Made by a program: the position numbers and the translations under genes. From Deltaproteobacteria bacterium (lineage in GTDB: Bacteria; Myxococcota_A; Polyangia; Haliangiales; Haliangiaceae): a stretch of DNA of 64,000 bases. Positions within the stretch are counted from its first letter, which is position 1. Each line of letters begins with the position of its first letter. Below are positions 59,810 to 64,000 of the stretch, one piece after another. The stretch is taken from the NCBI GenBank assembly GCA_005887925.1, contig VBLP01000125.1, forward strand, positions 9,777 to 73,776. Direction: 5' to 3'. The notes beneath the pieces are model-generated. The model had not been told where the DNA came from. It did no database searches and worked only from the letters and a program-made list of their open reading frames with translations.

Positions 59810-61321
59810 TTAGACGCTGGACTTGGGTCGCTTGAGCTCGAAGGTCGCGATGAGGTTGTAGAGCTGCGAGCGCGCGAGCCCGAGGCGCTGGATTGCGTCG
59901 GGGACGTCCCAGTCGCAGTCGGTCAGCACGTCGAGCAGGTAGCGGCGCTGGAATCGCCGCGTGGCCTCGCGGTAGTCGAGGATCTCGCCGGCGCGCTCGG
60001 GTGGTCGGGTCGGGAACAGGTGGTGCGGATGCAGGCTGGTCGCGCCCTCGGCGGTCGCGCGGATCGCGCCGGTCTCGACGACGTTGGCCAGCTCGCGCAC
60101 CTGGCCGGGCCATGCCTCGTTCTGCACGACCGCGATCGTCGGACGCGATACGGTGAGCGGAGGCAAGCCGTGACGCGCGCAGGCCTCGCGTGCGAAGTGC
60201 TCGATGAGGGCAGGCAGGTCGTCGCGGCGATCCGCCAGGTCCGGCATCTCGATCGCGACGATGTTGAGCCGGTAGAACAGGTCGCGCCGGAACGCGCTCT
60301 TCTCGACGCGCTCGCGGAGGTCGACGTTGGTCGCCGCGATCACCCGCACGTCGGCGGAGACGATCTGCGACGAGCCGAGGGGGTAGTACTGGCGGTCCTG
60401 GAGCAGCTGGAGGAGCTTGGTCTGCGCCTCGTAGGGCAGGTCGCCGATCTCGTCGAGGAAGAGGGTTCCGCCGCGCGCGGCCGCGACCTTGCCGGGCGTC
60501 CGCTGGGTCGCGGTCGAGTGGGCGCCGCGCTCGGTGCCGAACAGCTCGCTCTCGACCAGGGCGACCGGGATCGCGCCGCAGTTGATCGCGATGAACGAGC
60601 CGCCGGCGCGACGGCTGTTATCGTGGATCGCCCGCGCGAGCGCCGACTTGCCGGTGCCCGATGGCCCGGTGATCAGCACGCCGATATCGAGGGGCGCCAT
60701 GTTCGCTGCCTCATTCAAGACCCGAGCCAGCGCACGGCTGCGCCCGATCAGCAACGGACACAGGAAGCGGCGGCGGATGTCTGCCGTGTGATCGACCGAC
60801 TCCCGCTCCGGCCACGGCGTGTGGAGGCGCTCGGCGATGAGCCCGAGCTGGGTGGCAAACAGCTCGGCCCAGTCGCGGTGCTCCGGCGAGAAGCTGCCGC
60901 CGTCGGGGCGGCCCTGCAAGTACACCACGCCGAGCGGCGGCCGGCCGATCGGCGCGCACAGCACGGCATCGATCTCGTGCTGCTGCACGCTGCTGCGGGC
61001 GGCGAACCGCGGATCGTCGCGCGCCGACGGGGTCTCGACGGTCTCCCCGGCGGCCAGCGTCGCCTGGATGATGCCGCGCGACACGGTGTTGCGGATCGTC
61101 TCGACGTGCTCGGGAGTGCAGCCGTGCGCCCGCGAGTACGCCGCCCCGGTGCGCTGATCGTGATGCAGCTCGAGATAGGCGACCTGCGCGGATGTGGACT
61201 CCACGATCAATGCGAGCGCGTGATCGAGCAGCGGCGCGAGCTCTCCCTCACGACCGACCTCGAGCAGCCTGCGATAGAAGGTGCGCTCCGACTCTGCCTG
61301 CCGTACGCCTGTACCGACCAT
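59810..61321 (-). CDS. GAF + AAA+ (sigma54-EBP type) + Fis-HTH transcriptional regulator with non-canonical GAFTGA loop
   Basis: The 3' 504 codons of ORF 59810..61966, from ATG 61321 (MVGTGVRQAE). An N-terminal GAF domain comes first. Walker A is ITGPSGTGKSALA and Walker B is GTLFLDEIGDL. ESELFGTERGAHSTAT stands where ESELFGHEKGAFTGA is expected. The C-terminal HTH is AIQRLGLARSQLYNLI. Confidence 0.85.
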   Translation of the reverse strand: MVGTGVRQAESERTFYRRLLEVGREGELAPLLDHALALIVESTSAQVAYLELHHDQRTGAAYSRAHGCTPEHVETIRNTVSRGIIQATLAAGETVETPSARDDPRFAARSSVQQHEIDAVLCAPIGRPPLGVVYLQGRPDGGSFSPEHRDWAELFATQLGLIAERLHTPWPERESVDHTADIRRRFLCPLLIGRSRALARVLNEAANMAPLDIGVLITGPSGTGKSALARAIHDNSRRAGGSFIAINCGAIPVALVESELFGTERGAHSTATQRTPGKVAAARGGTLFLDEIGDLPYEAQTKLLQLLQDRQYYPLGSSQIVSADVRVIAATNVDLRERVEKSAFRRDLFYRLNIVAIEMPDLADRRDDLPALIEHFAREACARHGLPPLTVSRPTIAVVQNEAWPGQVRELANVVETGAIRATAEGATSLHPHHLFPTRPPERAGEILDYREATRRFQRRYLLDVLTDCDWDVPDAIQRLGLARSQLYNLIATFELKRPKSSV

Positions 61322-61515
61322 CTTCTCGCTTTGCCACACGGCGTGGATCGGCCGCAAGGTCGTTGCGGGATCCGATGGACGCCTTGCGGGCCGTGGCATG
61401 GCGCCCCGAGCGCGGCCCCTCGCCGACGGCGTCCGGAAGATCGGACGGATGGCTCGCCAGTCCAGGCGACCGGACCGGCGGACCGCGCAGCTGCGCGACG
61501 CGCGGGTATCTCGTC

Positions 61516-61531
61516 TGGCGCGCGTCTTGCT
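61516..61531 (+). promoter_or_regulatory. Candidate sigma54 (-24/-12) promoter upstream of the S8-like gene
   Basis: TGGCGCGCGTCTTGCT has GG and TTGC at consensus spacing. It lies in the 225-nt divergent region between the EBP-type gene and the S8-like gene. An inverted repeat CCGCAAGGTCGTTGCGG (61352-61368) further upstream could be a UAS. Confidence 0.35.
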
Positions 61532-61546
61532 GCGGCTCCCGACGGG

Positions 61547-62788
61547 ATGCGCGAGTATGCGATGCTGCGGAGGAGGCGAGGGGCTGGTGCTCGCGCACCC
61601 TTCGACATGGCGCCCGGACCGGCGGCCGGCGCCGAGATCGAGCCAGGCGAGGTCTGGGTGGAGCGGGCGTATCTCACGGACAGCGAGGTGCTCGATCTCG
61701 CCGCCGACCCGAGCGTCGCGACCGTGACGCCGACCATGCCGACGTCGCTGGGCGCGCTGCCGGCGCTTTCGACCTCGGATGCGCCCTCGGCCTGGGGCAT
61801 CGGTGCGATCCGGGCCGACAGCTCCCCGTTCGACGGCAGCAGCATCGCCGTCGCCGTCCTCGGCACCGGGATCGACGCCGAGCACGCTGCGTTCGCCGGC
61901 GTGCAGCTCGTGCAGCGCGACTTCACCGCGACCGGCGGCGGCGATGGGCATGGCCACGGCACGCACGTGGCGGGGATCCTGTTCGGCCGGGACCTCGATG
62001 GCGTGCGCATCGGCGTGGCGCGCGGCGTCACGCGCGCGCTGATCGGCAAGACATTCTCAGAGAGCGGCGTGGGCCGGAGCGACTGGATGCAGGAGGCGAT
62101 CCTGTGGGCGTACCAGGAAGGCGCGCGGGTGATCGCGCTGGCGATGACACTCGACCTCGAGCGCGCCGTGGCGGAGTTCGTGGCCGAGGGACTGCCGCCG
62201 CATGCGGCGACCCTGCGCGCTCTCGAATGCTACCGGGCCAATGCCCGCGCGCTCGACGCGCTGATCACGCTGGTGCGGGCCAGGTCGGCATCCGAGCCCG
62301 GCGCCATCGTGGTGGTCGCTGCGGGCGATGACTCGAGGCGCGACGCGCGCCCTCCGGCCGTGGCCTTCCGGATCGCCGCCGGGCCGCCGGCCGCCGCCGC
62401 GGATGCGCTCGTCGTGGGGGCCGTGGAGCAGCGCACGGCCGGCCTCATCACCGCACCGTTCTCCAACCTGTACCCGCGCCTGTGCGCGCCCGGCGTCGAC
62501 GTGGCGTCCGCCCAGCGCGGAGGTGGCATCGCAGCGCGGAACGGCACGAGCATGGCCGCGGCGCACGTGGCCGGCGTCGCTGCGCTGTGGTGGCAACACC
62601 TCGGCGAGCGCAGCCCGGCCGAGCTCGTCGCCGCGCATGTCCTGCGATCGTGCCGCACCGGCGTGTTCGCGAGTGCGCCTCATCCGGCCGAGGCCGGGGC
62701 GGGCCTCGTGACCGCACCGGGCGAAGAGCTACTCGCGCCGCGGGCCCGGACTCCCGCGAGCGCAATACCGGACTGCAGACATCGATAG
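61547..62788 (+). CDS. Subtilisin-like (S8) protein with no signal peptide and a non-canonical Asp/oxyanion position
   Basis: The 3' part of ORF 59747..62788. Candidate starts are ATG 61547, 61562 or 61607. The His motif is DGHGHGTHVAGI and the Ser motif is NGTSMAAAHVAGVAAL. The Asp motif reads VAVLGTGID (GGC where GAC is expected). AAGDD stands where AAGN is usual. Confidence 0.75.
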   Translation: MREYAMLRRRRGAGARAPFDMAPGPAAGAEIEPGEVWVERAYLTDSEVLDLAADPSVATVTPTMPTSLGALPALSTSDAPSAWGIGAIRADSSPFDGSSIAVAVLGTGIDAEHAAFAGVQLVQRDFTATGGGDGHGHGTHVAGILFGRDLDGVRIGVARGVTRALIGKTFSESGVGRSDWMQEAILWAYQEGARVIALAMTLDLERAVAEFVAEGLPPHAATLRALECYRANARALDALITLVRARSASEPGAIVVVAAGDDSRRDARPPAVAFRIAAGPPAAAADALVVGAVEQRTAGLITAPFSNLYPRLCAPGVDVASAQRGGGIAARNGTSMAAAHVAGVAALWWQHLGERSPAELVAAHVLRSCRTGVFASAPHPAEAGAGLVTAPGEELLAPRARTPASAIPDCRHR

Positions 62789-62837
62789 ATGAGCAGCTGT
62801 ACTGCTTGAACCAGGAACTCCATAGGGCGAGGTGAAC

Positions 62838-64000
62838 ATGAAGCGGGTCGTCGTCGTGTTGTGGTTGATCAGTGGAATCACGCGGGCGTGGGCAGATGCA
62901 GCGCCGCCCCCGGCAAAGCCGAGCGGACCGCCGGCCGAGGCGCCGGTAGCGTCGGCACCAGTCTGTGACAATGCCGAGCTCAAGCAAGGTCATTCATGGT
63001 GTGATCCAGCTACATTCCCGGGCCTCGGCGACGCAGTGCTGGTGTGCATCGAAGCTCGCCGTGGCTGTCTCGTGGGTGTCACGCACGTACACTCCCGGTA
63101 CCATCTGGACACCGGAACAAAGCCAACCACGAGCATACAACCGGATCTGATTCCTCCAAACCTACCGATCGTGGTCGCCGTGCACGCCCGGGATGACTCA
63201 TCCGCGAGAGATGTGTCTGTGGCACTCGCAGGAACCGCTGGCCAGTCACTGCCAGAAGTGTTTACAGGGTTGGGCAAGGGAATTGGCACCTCAATGGTCG
63301 CAGAAGCCATCGACACTACTCCACCACCGCCGCCCGAAGAACGATATTATCTATCACGTTTCGCCCCTCGGACTCCTGGCGCTGCACAGCTCACTGTGAC
63401 TATCACAGAGGCGGTAGACAGTCGGGCGGTCGCCGGCGGAGGCACGCCAGAAGCGTCGTCGCGCGGCTCGTTGTGTTTCGCGGTCTTCTGCAACGTCGTC
63501 TACGCAGCAGCTGCCGCCGAGAAATCCGACGGTGGTCCGAAGCTGAAGAAGTCGACCTTTGCGTACGAGCTCTATGTTCCCAAGATCTACGGAGGCGCGC
63601 TGCGGCTTGGCATCGGCGCGGTCCGCGTCCACGGTCTCGAGCACAGCTACGGGGCGCGCAAGGTGGCCGGCAGCGACTTCTCGCAGGTCGTCGATAATGG
63701 CGCCGATCCGGTCAACCTGGAGGTCGTGGTCGGCTATGCGCCCTTCCTCGGCGCAAAGCTGACGTCCGACATGGGCGGTCGCACGTACATGCGCGACGAC
63801 AATCCGTGGACGCGGTTTGCTCCCTACTTCGGCGTCGGGATCATCTCGTCATCGAACAGCAAGTTCGAGTGGCTGCGTTCGCTGTACGCGGGCGTCGAGT
63901 ACGAGCTCACACCGGGTAGCTCTCTCGCGCTCGCACTGGTCATCCGGCGCGTGGATGCGCTCGCGAACGGCCTGTCGGTTGGCATGCCGGTGGCCGATAC
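62838..64000 (+). CDS. Secreted protein of unknown function, 3' end beyond the window
   Basis: Not in the ORF track because no stop is reached. ATG 62838 follows GGCGAGG. My own translation gives MKRVVVVLWLISGITRAWADAAPPPAKPSG... (signal peptide), a Cys-containing N-domain, then a strand-like C-terminal part (...FAPYFGVGIISSSNSKFEWLRSLYAGVEYELTPGSSLALALVI...). The frame is open to nt 64000. Confidence 0.6.
   Translation, partial: MKRVVVVLWLISGITRAWADAAPPPAKPSGPPAEAPVASAPVCDNAELKQGHSWCDPATFPGLGDAVLVCIEARRGCLVGVTHVHSRYHLDTGTKPTTSIQPDLIPPNLPIVVAVHARDDSSARDVSVALAGTAGQSLPEVFTGLGKGIGTSMVAEAIDTTPPPPPEERYYLSRFAPRTPGAAQLTVTITEAVDSRAVAGGGTPEASSRGSLCFAVFCNVVYAAAAAEKSDGGPKLKKSTFAYELYVPKIYGGALRLGIGAVRVHGLEHSYGARKVAGSDFSQVVDNGADPVNLEVVVGYAPFLGAKLTSDMGGRTYMRDDNPWTRFAPYFGVGIISSSNSKFEWLRSLYAGVEYELTPGSSLALALVIRRVDALANGLSVGMPVAD

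Noticed and set aside
62789-62837. The hairpin AGCAG-CTGTA-CTGCT just after the S8 stop, as a terminator.
   Set aside because: It has only a 5-bp stem and no U-tract, and it lies 20 nt upstream of the next start codon. That is more consistent with co-transcription of the S8-like and secreted-protein genes.

Overview
The window is high-GC DNA, about 68-70% in the blocks I counted. It looks like a myxobacterial (Myxococcota-type) chromosome: several eukaryote-like Ser/Thr kinases, an FG-GAP/Cys-rich surface protein, a sigma54-EBP-type regulator and ExbB/ExbD sets. All function calls come from reading the supplied translations and the DNA; no database search was run. Roughly the left two-thirds (1-46.5 kb) is core-like. 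It carries alpha-glucan genes (pep2, glgB, malQ), a pseudokinase-kinase/TPR/Gly-rich lipoprotein operon, and a polysaccharide locus (predicted OM protein, two translationally coupled GT4/AsnB-like pairs, an FG-GAP protein, wzx, ugd) split by an IS remnant. It also holds an acyl-CoA carboxylase alpha subunit, an archaeal-type ATPase/nuclease preceded by a tandem palindromic array, an M1 aminopeptidase, an ExbB-ExbD-ExbD-HEAT lipoprotein cluster and a PAS/GAF hybrid histidine kinase. From tRNA-Pro (46579) rightward the window is accessory. A roughly 4.9 kb decayed integrative island lies between exact 27-bp direct repeats. After it come a SAMHD1-like HD hydrolase, fdhD, a hicB/degenerate-hicA pair and a 1371-aa pseudo-caspase/kinase/STAND/FGE protein. 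The best candidate for something undescribed is at 58.3-64 kb. It is an AT-rich orphan cassette (one frameshifted ORF or two) translationally coupled to an EBP-type regulator with a degenerate GAFTGA loop. Divergent from the regulator is a sigma54-like promoter driving an S8-like protein with a non-canonical catalytic Asp position and a secreted protein of unknown function. At least nine reading-frame disruptions are visible, so either assembly indels or real gene decay must be resolved before pseudogene calls are final.
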